From a virus (taxonomy: Duplodnaviria; Caudoviricetes), in IMG/VR virus record IMGVR_UViG_3300037462_000487, positions 11,491-75,490 of that record: a DNA stretch of 64,000 bases, one strand, 5' to 3'. Below are positions 55,551 through 64,000 of this stretch, one piece after another. A program made the translations under genes and the position numbers. The notes beneath the pieces are model-generated. The model did no database searches and was not told the origin of the DNA. It worked only from the letters and a program-made list of their open reading frames with translations. How positions within the stretch are numbered: position 1 is the first letter of the stretch; each line of letters starts with the position of its first letter.

Positions 55551-56309
55551 TTACTCCTTTATCGAACTCAGCAGTTTGCAGATTTTGCCCAAAACTTCGC
55601 GTTGTTTTGGCGTTGCCATCACACTTACCAGACTTAAATCACTGCTTAACTCACCACACCAGGCTGTCAGCAGTTCCGTTACACTGTCGCCGCCGAAAAC
55701 CTCAAAGTAATTATCAAACGCCGTACCAGCCAGCACTTTCAGTTCCTGATGCAAATTTGCACCGCCAGTGCGCTGCTGAAAAGCATGAATCTGCTTCACC
55801 CGTTCTGGCAGCATAGCACTATCTGGTTGGGGTTCCCCGCGGTAATACGCTTCCAGCGGAACCGGAGCTTCGTCATACGCCCGGTACACTTCGTAAAAAC
55901 GATACGGATACATCTCCGACTGCTGTTTGGCATAATGATGCGCTGTAAATCGGTAGTAAAAGTACGTTGTTTCTTCTGGCAGTGGCATTGGTGCCACGCC
56001 AGATGCCGGCAGCGGCATACTGGTAACTGCCACGTAAAACAGAACTTCTTCCACACCAAACTCAATAAAATTCGTATCTTCACCGGTTTGCTGCTCGATT
56101 TTGCGTCCACTTTCGTAATACTCGTACACACCGACATCTTCCTGAAGACTGTTTCGGCGAATCCGGGCGAAGTAGCCGACGTGCGACAACTGCTGCCGAA
56201 TGTACTGCCGGCACTGTGCTAGTTCTTCGTGAGGAAACAAACCCGACTGCGGCATAAAGACCCACAACCATTTGCTTGGCATCATAGGATCGTACACTTC
56301 AACCATCAT
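55551..56309 (-). CDS. Hypothetical protein
   Basis: AAGGAG RBS, 252 aa. Confidence 0.75.
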   Translation of the reverse strand: MMVEVYDPMMPSKWLWVFMPQSGLFPHEELAQCRQYIRQQLSHVGYFARIRRNSLQEDVGVYEYYESGRKIEQQTGEDTNFIEFGVEEVLFYVAVTSMPLPASGVAPMPLPEETTYFYYRFTAHHYAKQQSEMYPYRFYEVYRAYDEAPVPLEAYYRGEPQPDSAMLPERVKQIHAFQQRTGGANLHQELKVLAGTAFDNYFEVFGGDSVTELLTAWCGELSSDLSLVSVMATPKQREVLGKICKLLSSIKE

Positions 56310-56745
56310 TTTCCTGCTCCTTAATTTCCCGCGTTTCAGCTTCTTCGTAACGCCGCTGTGCGCCTTCGAGATTAAAGTCTACCCACTCCGGGTAAGGTTC
56401 AACAAAATACCGAGTCGATGCAACCAGCGTCACTCCCGGTGCTGCCTTATCCAGCAAAACAACTCGTGGCGAAAAAGTAACATAGTCTGTCCAGCTTTCG
56501 CCGTAACGTTCCACAATGTACTTTAACAGTTCGACTGGCTCTGCAACTACCGGGCGCAAAACCGGAACAGGTTTAACATACGCCGAACTGCCGCCAGTCT
56601 CTTTAACCGCTTTTTCCAGCGCAGTGCGTAGTTCGGTGAACTCCGGGTATTCTGCGGTAGCGGTATTTGCCAGCGCCTTCTGATGCCAGTCGGCATACGC
56701 CTTAGCCAGTTTCATTTCGGCTAAAATAATCCGTGTGTTACTCAT
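56299..56745 (-). CDS. Hypothetical protein
   Basis: Start refined to ATG 56745, overlapping the upstream stop. Confidence 0.7.
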   Translation of the reverse strand: MSNTRIILAEMKLAKAYADWHQKALANTATAEYPEFTELRTALEKAVKETGGSSAYVKPVPVLRPVVAEPVELLKYIVERYGESWTDYVTFSPRVVLLDKAAPGVTLVASTRYFVEPYPEWVDFNLEGAQRRYEEAETREIKEQENDG

Positions 56746-57403
56746 TATCTTCCTCATCTTCATCATCATACATACCTGCTGCCTGCAAAGCCAGTTGCAA
56801 AAATTTTTCTCGCTCAGCAACTGACTCCATTGCTATCAGTCGTTCCAGAAACGCCACTCCCGACCCCGATAACGCCGGCAGCGGCTGCGGTACAAAGTTA
56901 GCCGCAATCAACTGCTGCCGGGCGTTGTCGTGGCGAGTCTTACGCCGCGCAAAGCGCTGTACTGCATCCAGAAATTCCAGCCGTAGCTGCTGGAAAAAAC
57001 ATTCAAAGACATACAGTACCTGATAAACAGCGTCTAACTCGCCTGCCTGAAGCTGCGCTGCATGATAATTGTAAATATCATCTGCGTCGCGGTAGAGTCG
57101 CAAATGCCCGCTGCTACGCCCGGCAAGCTCTACCTGATAAGCTCGATCAACTTCAGTATCCAGCCAGGTGTGAGCAAAAGTGTAAAAAGCATCTGACTCA
57201 GACAGCAGGCAGGTATCCAGAAAAAACTGGTAATCTGCGCTAACCAGAAAATCATAAGCCGCTTCTCGCAAATGACCAGGAACGTTCATGTCTGCGGAGT
57301 ACAGTTTGGTACTCTTAACCGGACAATTGCCGTAATACCGAAACTGGCGGACAAAAGCCAGACGCTGTTCGGGATCGGTAAGATACGTTGCTAACTCAGG
57401 CAT
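56738..57403 (-). CDS. Hypothetical protein with acidic C-terminus
   Basis: AAGGAG RBS; ends YDDEDEEDNE. Confidence 0.75.
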   Translation of the reverse strand: MPELATYLTDPEQRLAFVRQFRYYGNCPVKSTKLYSADMNVPGHLREAAYDFLVSADYQFFLDTCLLSESDAFYTFAHTWLDTEVDRAYQVELAGRSSGHLRLYRDADDIYNYHAAQLQAGELDAVYQVLYVFECFFQQLRLEFLDAVQRFARRKTRHDNARQQLIAANFVPQPLPALSGSGVAFLERLIAMESVAEREKFLQLALQAAGMYDDEDEEDNE

Positions 57404-57795
57404 TAGTTATCTGCTCCTTTAATCTGATTGACGATCAGCGTCGGCCAGCGACGCAGAACCTGTTGACTATACCCAAAAAACCGTAACTGTCCGGTGCTGG
57501 CAAAACGCCACGCAATAGCATAGTCGTCGCGCTTTCCCAGATTAGGCAAATAAGTCGGCTGAATTTGCCACTCAACCTTAATCCACGGCAGTGTACCTCG
57601 CCCGACAGACCAGGTTTCCTGTGGCAAACGCATTGTGTAATACTGCACAAAACCGTCGTAATGCGTCACTGCAAGGTTTGCCTGTGAGTTGTCTTTATCC
57701 CAGAATGCCAGTACTTCCTGCACCGGCTGCGGGTGTGTCGTCATGGCTAACACCAGTGTCTGTAGCAGATACGTGGGGGTTTGAGGATTGGCCAT
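57403..57795 (-). CDS. Hypothetical protein
   Basis: Start refined to ATG 57795 (GGAG RBS); overlaps the upstream gene by 101 nt. Confidence 0.55.
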   Translation of the reverse strand: MANPQTPTYLLQTLVLAMTTHPQPVQEVLAFWDKDNSQANLAVTHYDGFVQYYTMRLPQETWSVGRGTLPWIKVEWQIQPTYLPNLGKRDDYAIAWRFASTGQLRFFGYSQQVLRRWPTLIVNQIKGADN

Positions 57796-58288
57796 CAGCA
57801 GCAGTCTCCGTCTTTTCTTCTTTATCGAGATAATCAGCGTATTTTGTTTCGCGTTGAATTTGTTGCATAACCTCATCCAGCGTAATCGTCTGTCCGGTAG
57901 TGCGTCGTCCCCAAAAGCGCAGATTACACCAGTCAGCTACGGTTTCTTCGCGCTCTTTCAGGCGATAATACAACCAGGGTGTCACCAGCCACCACTCAAA
58001 AATTTCGCTATCATAGTCGTAAATATCGGATTCTTCGCTGCGGATGTAATCTGCCAGCGACATTTGCTCGTCTACCGGATCATCTTTAACGCAGTCTTGC
58101 CAGTCTTCCCGATACTCATCACCAAATTCGTAGATTAACTGACTGTCGTCTTTGAGAGGGTATTCATTTTCCAGACTCTCGTTAAAAGACTCAGCCAGCT
58201 TAGTGTTCTGCTGCAAAGTGTCTACCAGCGTTGACACGTTGACAATGACTTCCTGCTCTACCATGCGTTTAACTTTTTTGTCAGTCAC
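57695..58288 (-). CDS. Acidic phage hypothetical protein (EWWLV..WGRRTTGQ motif)
   Basis: Motif recalled from uncharacterised phage proteins; very D/E-rich. Confidence 0.75.
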   Translation of the reverse strand: MTDKKVKRMVEQEVIVNVSTLVDTLQQNTKLAESFNESLENEYPLKDDSQLIYEFGDEYREDWQDCVKDDPVDEQMSLADYIRSEESDIYDYDSEIFEWWLVTPWLYYRLKEREETVADWCNLRFWGRRTTGQTITLDEVMQQIQRETKYADYLDKEEKTETAADGQSSNPHVSATDTGVSHDDTPAAGAGSTGILG

Positions 58289-59559
58289 AGTTCAATTACC
58301 CCTTTGCTGCACACCGGGCAGCACAAATGTCCAGAAACATAGTTACCAAAATCGCCTTCAATGTCGGTGACAAAGGCATCGAGTGCTTTGTCCAGATCAA
58401 CGTTATTGGGAAGTACCAGATTACGACCCTTCAGTTGCAGCGCTTCCGCATCTCGCACTGTCAGCAGCCGATCCAGTGTCGCCGGGGTGTCTTCCGGGAA
58501 GAAGTATTGACGCTCGGATTCCCAGAGTTCCTTCACTTTTTCTTTGTACTTAGCACTGCCTTTAACTTCGTACAGAACTCGTCGGGAAACCATGTAATCG
58601 AGAAAGCGCTGCGGTGTCACCAGATTGAGTTTTACCATGTCTTCGATAGTTATCGCAACTGATCCGCTGCATTCCGGCGGAATACGGCTGCTATAACTCT
58701 CAACTCGCCACTCAGCGCCGCAATGAGAACACCTCAGATAAGCGGTTTCGGTGTCATCAAACCCTTCCCGCCTATCGTCAAAGTAGAAAAAAACGTATTC
58801 GGTGTAGCCACCACAAATGTCGCAGCCATTGTGCAGACTGACGGCTACGCCGTTAGCAAACGTGTCGTCGTGACGGTAGTCGTTGTACGTCACATACCGA
58901 TACGCCTGATTAAGCATACTTTCCGATTCTAACCGACTTTCGACTTCCAAATGCTGACTGTTGTACTCAGCTTTGTGCCGCTGACGCAGTGTTTGCCAGG
59001 TCGGCAGATCGGCAGCACCCGTCAACATCTGTCGCACCCACAATTCCAGATACGGGCGTACATGCTGCAAGAAGTACTCTACCGTTGTTGTCGAATTATG
59101 GTAATAGTTTGATTCAGCGTTATCTGCCCACACTTCTTCCTGCCACAAATGCCACAACGCATCGGTAAAGGCATCGTACTTCAGATTGTCGTATAGATAG
59201 GGGTATAGTTCCAGCGTCGTGTTGATCTCAAGTGACTGGACAACCTGGCGATCTTCATCGTCTAAATCAACTTTACCATGCACCGTCAGACTGCCAGTCG
59301 GCACCTGTGACCAGTCACGCTGCCGGTTTCGCTGGTACCGGTAGCCGTAAATCATCCCGGAGTCGCACAGGCTGTGCGCGATTTTTTCTCGCAGCATTGC
59401 CTGCAACATGAGTGCTGTCGTGTCTTTAGCCGCAGCTTCGTTAAGTGTCACGCCGCAGTAGCGAATATCGTTTACCCGCGGCACACTGTCGGCTGGCAGC
59501 GGCACCGGATTAATGAACAATTTATAGAACGCCTGTTCCAGCGCTTCCTTGCTATTCAT
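58285..59559 (-). CDS. Phage hypothetical protein (CDSG..YG and HNGCDICGGYT motifs)
   Basis: Motif family recalled from uncharacterised phage proteins; start refined to ATG 59559 (GGGAG). Confidence 0.75.
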   Translation of the reverse strand: MNSKEALEQAFYKLFINPVPLPADSVPRVNDIRYCGVTLNEAAAKDTTALMLQAMLREKIAHSLCDSGMIYGYRYQRNRQRDWSQVPTGSLTVHGKVDLDDEDRQVVQSLEINTTLELYPYLYDNLKYDAFTDALWHLWQEEVWADNAESNYYHNSTTTVEYFLQHVRPYLELWVRQMLTGAADLPTWQTLRQRHKAEYNSQHLEVESRLESESMLNQAYRYVTYNDYRHDDTFANGVAVSLHNGCDICGGYTEYVFFYFDDRREGFDDTETAYLRCSHCGAEWRVESYSSRIPPECSGSVAITIEDMVKLNLVTPQRFLDYMVSRRVLYEVKGSAKYKEKVKELWESERQYFFPEDTPATLDRLLTVRDAEALQLKGRNLVLPNNVDLDKALDAFVTDIEGDFGNYVSGHLCCPVCSKGVIEL

Positions 59560-60106
59560 AGCGAACTCCCTGAGCATCGTCAGTGACAGTAACGATTTCA
59601 TTTGCTGCGTGAGGTGCTTGCCAGACGGTAGCCGCGTCAGTTACCGATACCAGTTGCCAGCGGGAAAAACGCCCGGCATTGATAAAATACAAAAAGCGAG
59701 CATGAAACGTTACTCGCTGGTTAAAACCCTGAAAATCAGTCGTGTCGTCATCAGTCAGGCGAATTGCCATCAGGTGCTGCACTTCGCGCCACCCAGAAAC
59801 AGGCAAATCTGCCAGCCGCACTGCCTGTATCGTGTTGTAAGGCCAGTTGCTGACTTCATAGTAGTGCCGCAGCAGTTCCTGCCGCAGCCAGTCTTCGCTC
59901 ACCAGTGGCGACAAAAAGTACGCGCTTTCGCGCTGCCAGACGAAGCCAATCGTCTGCAAACGCTGCAATGCGGCTAAAGCAGCTTCGCCAGGCGACAGAT
60001 ACACCGACGGCTGAAGCAGCAGCCGCAGCAAAACTTCAATTTCGGCGGGAGTCAGCGTCAAAGTGTCGCTGATATGCCGTGACGGCAAATTAGCCGGGTG
60101 TACCAT
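59552..60106 (-). CDS. Hypothetical protein, possible N-terminal winged HTH
   Basis: LTPAEIEVLLRL..ALQRLQTIGFV..YFLSP. Confidence 0.55.
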   Translation of the reverse strand: MVHPANLPSRHISDTLTLTPAEIEVLLRLLLQPSVYLSPGEAALAALQRLQTIGFVWQRESAYFLSPLVSEDWLRQELLRHYYEVSNWPYNTIQAVRLADLPVSGWREVQHLMAIRLTDDDTTDFQGFNQRVTFHARFLYFINAGRFSRWQLVSVTDAATVWQAPHAANEIVTVTDDAQGVRYE

Positions 60107-60822
60107 TAAAGATTCTCCTTAACTAGCGCCATACGCACGGTTTCAATACGATCTCCATTCGCCAGTTTACGCAGCAGATGCGTACTGGCAATTAACTGCG
60201 TTTCGGCATCAATACGCCAGCAGGTAGTACCGGCTTTGATGTCAGCGTCAATTAACTGCGCCACCGGTTCATACTGCGGATACTGCGAAGCAATGTGGTA
60301 AGCATGACTGCCAACCAGAGTTGAGTAATTGTCGTCACTCAGCTTTGGAAAACGGTTAATCTCTGCCAGCGAAACCATTTCTTTCGTCAACACCACCGGC
60401 TGCGATGCCGGTGTGACGGCTTTCAGTTCTACCAGCACTTCCAGCAAAATATCACCTAACGGACGATTTAAATCCAGCCGCGACACCAGCAGCGCATTGA
60501 CAGTTCGCACCGCTTCTTCATCCCATTTGTGCTGCGGCGCAAGTTTTTGCAACTGTGCCACCTGAATAAGTTCCGGCGGATCAGCCAGCAAAAAGCTGTG
60601 CTGCAAGCCGTCGATCAGTTTTTCAATCATACGATCATATTCCGGCTGTGTAAATGCCAGCGCGTCAGTGTGCTGCACCAAATCCTTCTGGCGGTATTCT
60701 TCCCAGACTGAATCACGCGGCAGCAAGTTATCGAGAGCCGAGATCGCCATAAAACGCAGCGTCCGGGCATCCAGTACGTGACGGGCATCTGTCCGCGTCA
60801 CGGCAGTTGTTTTCTGTGTCAT
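60106..60822 (-). CDS. Hypothetical protein
   Basis: GGAGG RBS. Confidence 0.75.
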   Translation of the reverse strand: MTQKTTAVTRTDARHVLDARTLRFMAISALDNLLPRDSVWEEYRQKDLVQHTDALAFTQPEYDRMIEKLIDGLQHSFLLADPPELIQVAQLQKLAPQHKWDEEAVRTVNALLVSRLDLNRPLGDILLEVLVELKAVTPASQPVVLTKEMVSLAEINRFPKLSDDNYSTLVGSHAYHIASQYPQYEPVAQLIDADIKAGTTCWRIDAETQLIASTHLLRKLANGDRIETVRMALVKENL

Positions 60823-60823
60823 C

Positions 60824-61309
60824 TTACCCCTCCAAAACGTACTTAATGTTTACTTTTTCCGCCAGCGGAGCCGTACCCGTCCAGGTAGAACCATTCCAGT
60901 GCAGATGACGGGTGTAGGATTTGCCATCACGCACCACCACAACCTGCGCTCTGGTACGTGACGGATTAAACGAAACGCGAGCGCCAGCCGGTACTACCAG
61001 CGTCAATTTTGCCTGCTGTGCAGCCAGCTTTTCCCGAATTTTCGTCAGCAAACGCTGCTGCTGCGCAGCTTTACGCTGCAACTGCGCATAAATTTGCAGC
61101 AGTTCATGCCAGGCGCTGTTGCCTTCTGCCTGTAGCTGATTAACCGCCGCTGCCAGCCGGGTATCGCGTTTTTTGCTGGCTCCGGCAACTGTCGTCAGCA
61201 GTAGATTTTCAACTGTTTGCAGATCGGCTTCCAGTTGACGTGACTGCCAGCAGCGCGATTCGCGTCGCCGCAGTGTCTGATAATAATGCATATCCTTTTC
61301 CAGAGACAT
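60824..61309 (-). CDS. Coiled-coil hypothetical protein
   Basis: Start refined to ATG 61309 (GGAGG). Confidence 0.7.
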   Translation of the reverse strand: MSLEKDMHYYQTLRRRESRCWQSRQLEADLQTVENLLLTTVAGASKKRDTRLAAAVNQLQAEGNSAWHELLQIYAQLQRKAAQQQRLLTKIREKLAAQQAKLTLVVPAGARVSFNPSRTRAQVVVVRDGKSYTRHLHWNGSTWTGTAPLAEKVNIKYVLEG

Positions 61310-61310
61310 A

Positions 61311-61580
61311 CTAACCTCCCACTTCGGTATCATCGTCGTCGTCAAAAAAATATTCAAGCTGCCCGGTTTCATACATCCAGTGAGCTTGGGTCATAATGAG
61401 CCGAAAATCTTCCTGCCGATCTCGCAGCCAGGTCACAGTCGGCTGTGGATCATCAGCGTAAAGCGCCAGCAGCCGAGTCGCCAGTTGCAAAGTTTCCGGT
61501 GCACCTACGCCAAGCTCAAATACCCGGTAGAGTGCCTTCAGCGCCCAATCAGGAATGGTGTAATTGTAATCAGGAAACAT
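61311..61580 (-). CDS. Small acidic hypothetical protein
   Basis: Start refined to ATG 61580 (AAGGAG); ends FFDDDDDTEVGG. Confidence 0.7.
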   Translation of the reverse strand: MFPDYNYTIPDWALKALYRVFELGVGAPETLQLATRLLALYADDPQPTVTWLRDRQEDFRLIMTQAHWMYETGQLEYFFDDDDDTEVGG

Positions 61581-61872
61581 CGTCTTCTCCTTTTTTGCGT
61601 GGTGAAATTTCCATCGACAGATTGCCAAAACGTTGCAGCAGCCCTTTAAAGAACTGCGCAAAATCCTGTTCCAGTGCGTCAAACCCATCCTGTCCGGTTT
61701 CGGCTTTAATCGCGTCAAGCACCGCCGTGTTAAGTGGCAGATACACTTTCGGCGCAGCTTCAACATTAGCGGCACTCTCAGGGGTGTCTTTGACTTCCAG
61801 TACCAGCCCTAAAAACGGAATATTACCGTATTCCGCGTCAATCTTTGTCACGCTGATAATAAAGTCTTTCAT
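61570..61872 (-). CDS. Hypothetical protein
   Basis: GGAGAGG RBS. Confidence 0.75.
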   Translation of the reverse strand: MKDFIISVTKIDAEYGNIPFLGLVLEVKDTPESAANVEAAPKVYLPLNTAVLDAIKAETGQDGFDALEQDFAQFFKGLLQRFGNLSMEISPRKKGEDDVS

Positions 61873-61875
61873 AGA

Positions 61876-62265
61876 TTAACCTCTCCGACGCACCAGCGTC
61901 TTAAATCCCTGCTTGCTGCTGACTACGGCAAACTTGCGTCTGGCCAGTAAAGGCAGCCAGTAGCTATCCGCTGGCACCGTAATCTGACACAGATCAAAAC
62001 GATTATAAATCAGTTCAATCGCTTTGTCAAGCAGCGCATAGCGAGCAGTTTCGTCAACCAGCGACGGTTCGTACAGTTCCAGCACCAGCCGGCAGCGTGT
62101 CTGCTCCTGATAGTTATCCAGCAGAATAATCTGAAAATAAGCCAGTGTTTCGTGCAGATTCTGCGGCCGACTGTGATACGTCAAACCAATGCGATAAGAT
62201 TGCCCGAAAGCAACTTCCAGTGGCGTAGCCGAAACTGCGCCGTTTTTAAAAGCAGTGAAAAACAC
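61876..62265 (-). CDS. Hypothetical protein
   Basis: Start refined to GTG 62265 (GGAGG). Confidence 0.6.
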   Translation of the reverse strand: MFFTAFKNGAVSATPLEVAFGQSYRIGLTYHSRPQNLHETLAYFQIILLDNYQEQTRCRLVLELYEPSLVDETARYALLDKAIELIYNRFDLCQITVPADSYWLPLLARRKFAVVSSKQGFKTLVRRRG

Positions 62266-62400
62266 AAGACCTCCCTGACAGTTAAACTGCCTTAAATTCT
62301 TCACCTGCCGCGACAGGAAGCGTTTTACGCACCTACAGAGCAGCAGGGTAGCTAAACACAGGTAAAATTGCTTAAATCGCCGTACAGAGAGAAATAGAGC

Positions 62401-62498
62401 TTTAGTCAGAAAAGTGACTAAACTGACTGTCCGTTACAAAACTTCTATTATATATACTATATAGAAGTTTTGTAACGGACGTTTGAATCAGGTTTGTA
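62401..62498. repeat. 98-bp element, copy B (inverted relative to copy A)
   Basis: TTTAGTCA-GAAAAG-TGACTAAA at 62401-62422; 19-bp arms 62429-62447 and 62462-62480. Confidence 0.97.
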
Positions 62499-63138
62499 AA
62501 GACAGCGCTTCCAGCCAGATCGGCTGGCTGTCGGCAGTCAGTTTGACTTCACAAAACGCCTGGCTGCTGCGCCATTCCAGTTTGCCGGTGGTTTTCCCTC
62601 GCAGACTAAAAGTGTGTGGCATCGCTGCTTCTTCCGGGTCAGTCAGCAGTTGCGCTGCCGCTATATCTGCCGGCCAGAAAAAAGTCTGCGAACCAACTGT
62701 CACCAGATAAATGCGGTTGACGCGGTTAATCAGCGTAGCGGTAGTGTGTACCGATCTTTCTTCCGTCAGCCGCAGCAGCTTTCTGACAGTTTCTTTCGAC
62801 AACGCACCACCTGGTGGTGGCAGGTATAGCTGGCAATCATCTTCATCGACAGTTACCGGATCAGGCAGCCCCGGCAGTTTGACGGCGACTTTACCGTCTG
62901 GCAGCAACTGTACACTGCGCCCGTGAATAACTGCCGGCTGGTGGGGTGTTAGCTCCGTCGGCCAGAAGATTGCCTGAAGACTGCTGTGCGGCACTACCAG
63001 ATCACTGTATGCCAGACGAATGGTACACTGCTCAAACGTCGGTGTATCAAAGTCAATTGCCTGCGCCGTCAATCGGACATAGCTTTGCAGCGCCAGATAG
63101 ACACTGTGCAGCGGCGTGCTCTTTCTCGAATTTAACAT
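62488..63138 (-). CDS. Hypothetical protein, SH3-like module; paralog of 63132-63821
   Basis: VAVKLPGLPDPVTVDEDDCQLY; last codons LQT* come from the repeat. Confidence 0.7.
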   Translation of the reverse strand: MLNSRKSTPLHSVYLALQSYVRLTAQAIDFDTPTFEQCTIRLAYSDLVVPHSSLQAIFWPTELTPHQPAVIHGRSVQLLPDGKVAVKLPGLPDPVTVDEDDCQLYLPPPGGALSKETVRKLLRLTEERSVHTTATLINRVNRIYLVTVGSQTFFWPADIAAAQLLTDPEEAAMPHTFSLRGKTTGKLEWRSSQAFCEVKLTADSQPIWLEALSLQT

Positions 63139-63821
63139 GTCAAAAACCCTTCCGACACCGGTACTGCCGGTGAATTATGCGTCAATTTGACGTTAACCGT
63201 AAATCCCTGCGTCGCGTCAACGTAACGCAAACCTCCCTGCGACTGCACGGGAACCCGAATTTTGTCGGTAAACTCCACATAATCGGCGTATTTAGTGTAT
63301 TGCAGCATCTGATCGACCAGAGTACGCGGTAGTTCCATTTGCGTGCGTGGCCAAAGCAAACTGACAATAGTGACAGTATCGGGAGTGACTGTCTGGATCG
63401 TAAAATGCAGGTACAACACCCGATAGCTTTCTTCCAGTTGAAGCAGATATTGCAGCGTTTTGTCGGATAGACGCTGCAACACCGGTTCCCAGGGCACCGG
63501 GTACAGCGGCTGCAAATCATCGGCAGTCAGTTCGGCTTCGCAGTCGTTTCGCAGCTTAACCACAAATTCGAGACCATCAGACAGCCGATACCGGGTTTTA
63601 ATACACCCGGAAAGCGGCAGCACCGCGTCTTTTTCAGGGTTTAGCTTGTCAACGCTGAAAGGCCAGATCAGTCGGCGGACAAAGTTAGAGTCGGCTGCCA
63701 TATCAAATCGGCTGGCAGTCAGCCGCAGGGTACCGTGTTTGTCGGTAATGAGTTGCAAATTTGTTTTTACCGGCACTTCCGGCAGCAGTCGCAATTCGTG
63801 CAGTAGCTGGTTACGATTCAT
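63132..63821 (-). CDS. Hypothetical protein, SH3-like module; paralog of 62488-63138
   Basis: FVVKLRNDCEAELTADDLQPLY. Confidence 0.7.
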   Translation of the reverse strand: MNRNQLLHELRLLPEVPVKTNLQLITDKHGTLRLTASRFDMAADSNFVRRLIWPFSVDKLNPEKDAVLPLSGCIKTRYRLSDGLEFVVKLRNDCEAELTADDLQPLYPVPWEPVLQRLSDKTLQYLLQLEESYRVLYLHFTIQTVTPDTVTIVSLLWPRTQMELPRTLVDQMLQYTKYADYVEFTDKIRVPVQSQGGLRYVDATQGFTVNVKLTHNSPAVPVSEGFLTC

Positions 63822-63999
63822 GCTGGCTTCTCTTTCTATTCAAAAGAATGTTTTGCACAAAGTTCAGCAGCGTGTTCTGCAATACCGCGTTATCGGTTTG
63901 TGAAAAGACTTGCATTTCACTTACATCGTCATACTCCGGGTGTGGCATTTCCAGTACCATCACCCAGGTGTTCTGTTCGGTTACAGCGTGACAATGCCG
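63811..63999 (-). CDS. Partial hypothetical ORF, 5' end outside the window
   Basis: Frame open from the window edge (..WVMVLEMPHPEYDDVSEMQ..) to TAA at 63811-63813, overlapping the next start. Confidence 0.55.
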   Translation of the reverse strand, partial: RHCHAVTEQNTWVMVLEMPHPEYDDVSEMQVFSQTDNAVLQNTLLNFVQNILLNRKRSQHES

Positions 64000-64000
64000 A

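Larger units (their letters stand above)
1..64000. mobile_element. Tailed dsDNA phage genome segment (siphovirus-like); both ends run off the window
   Basis: Canonical order terminase-portal-protease-capsid-tail-TMP-tail tip on +, replication and early genes on -, and no host genes in 64 kb. Confidence 0.97.

Noticed and set aside
1-64000. Integrase, repressor, att sites or prophage boundaries
   Set aside because: No tyrosine/serine recombinase or CI-like motif and no host genes in the window; lifestyle cannot be called.
1-64000. Alternative genetic code
   Set aside because: Long genes (TMP 8.6 kb, tail tip 5 kb) are intact under the standard code with tight packing.

Overview
The whole window reads as one continuous tailed dsDNA bacteriophage genome segment with a long non-contractile tail (siphovirus-type). 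No host housekeeping genes, rRNA, tRNA, integrase or CRISPR array were seen. There are two opposing transcription units. The + strand (1.5-35.6 kb) carries packaging, head, tail and putative lysis genes: TerS, TerL, a Cas4-like nuclease, a TM-PAS protein, portal, protease/scaffold, major capsid protein, tail tube, tail assembly chaperones, a 2887-aa tape measure protein, tail tip and fibre genes, and a TIM-barrel hydrolase plus holin-like pair. The - strand (35.6-64 kb, plus ORF 67-714) carries methylation, nucleotide metabolism, replication and early genes: MT-A70 and m5C methyltransferases, a phosphoesterase, RusA, DUF6378, MazG-like, ThyX, PolA, RNase H, an SF2 helicase, a primase-SF2 fusion, a probable SSB, and about 20 small hypothetical ORFs. 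The two units converge on a bidirectional terminator at 35.58 kb and diverge across a non-coding region (715-1523) containing a G-quadruplex motif, direct repeats and a palindrome. The most striking unexplained feature is a 44-52 bp palindrome (arm GTTACAAAACTTCTA, 14-nt A/T-rich spacer, TAGAAGTTTTGTAAC) present three times (1368, 44612, 62433). Two of these sit inside a 98-bp inverted repeat pair that brackets 17.7 kb containing the primase and helicase genes. All product calls come from motif recognition by eye; no searches were run. The host is uncertain; a weak guess is Chloroflexota or another monoderm lineage.
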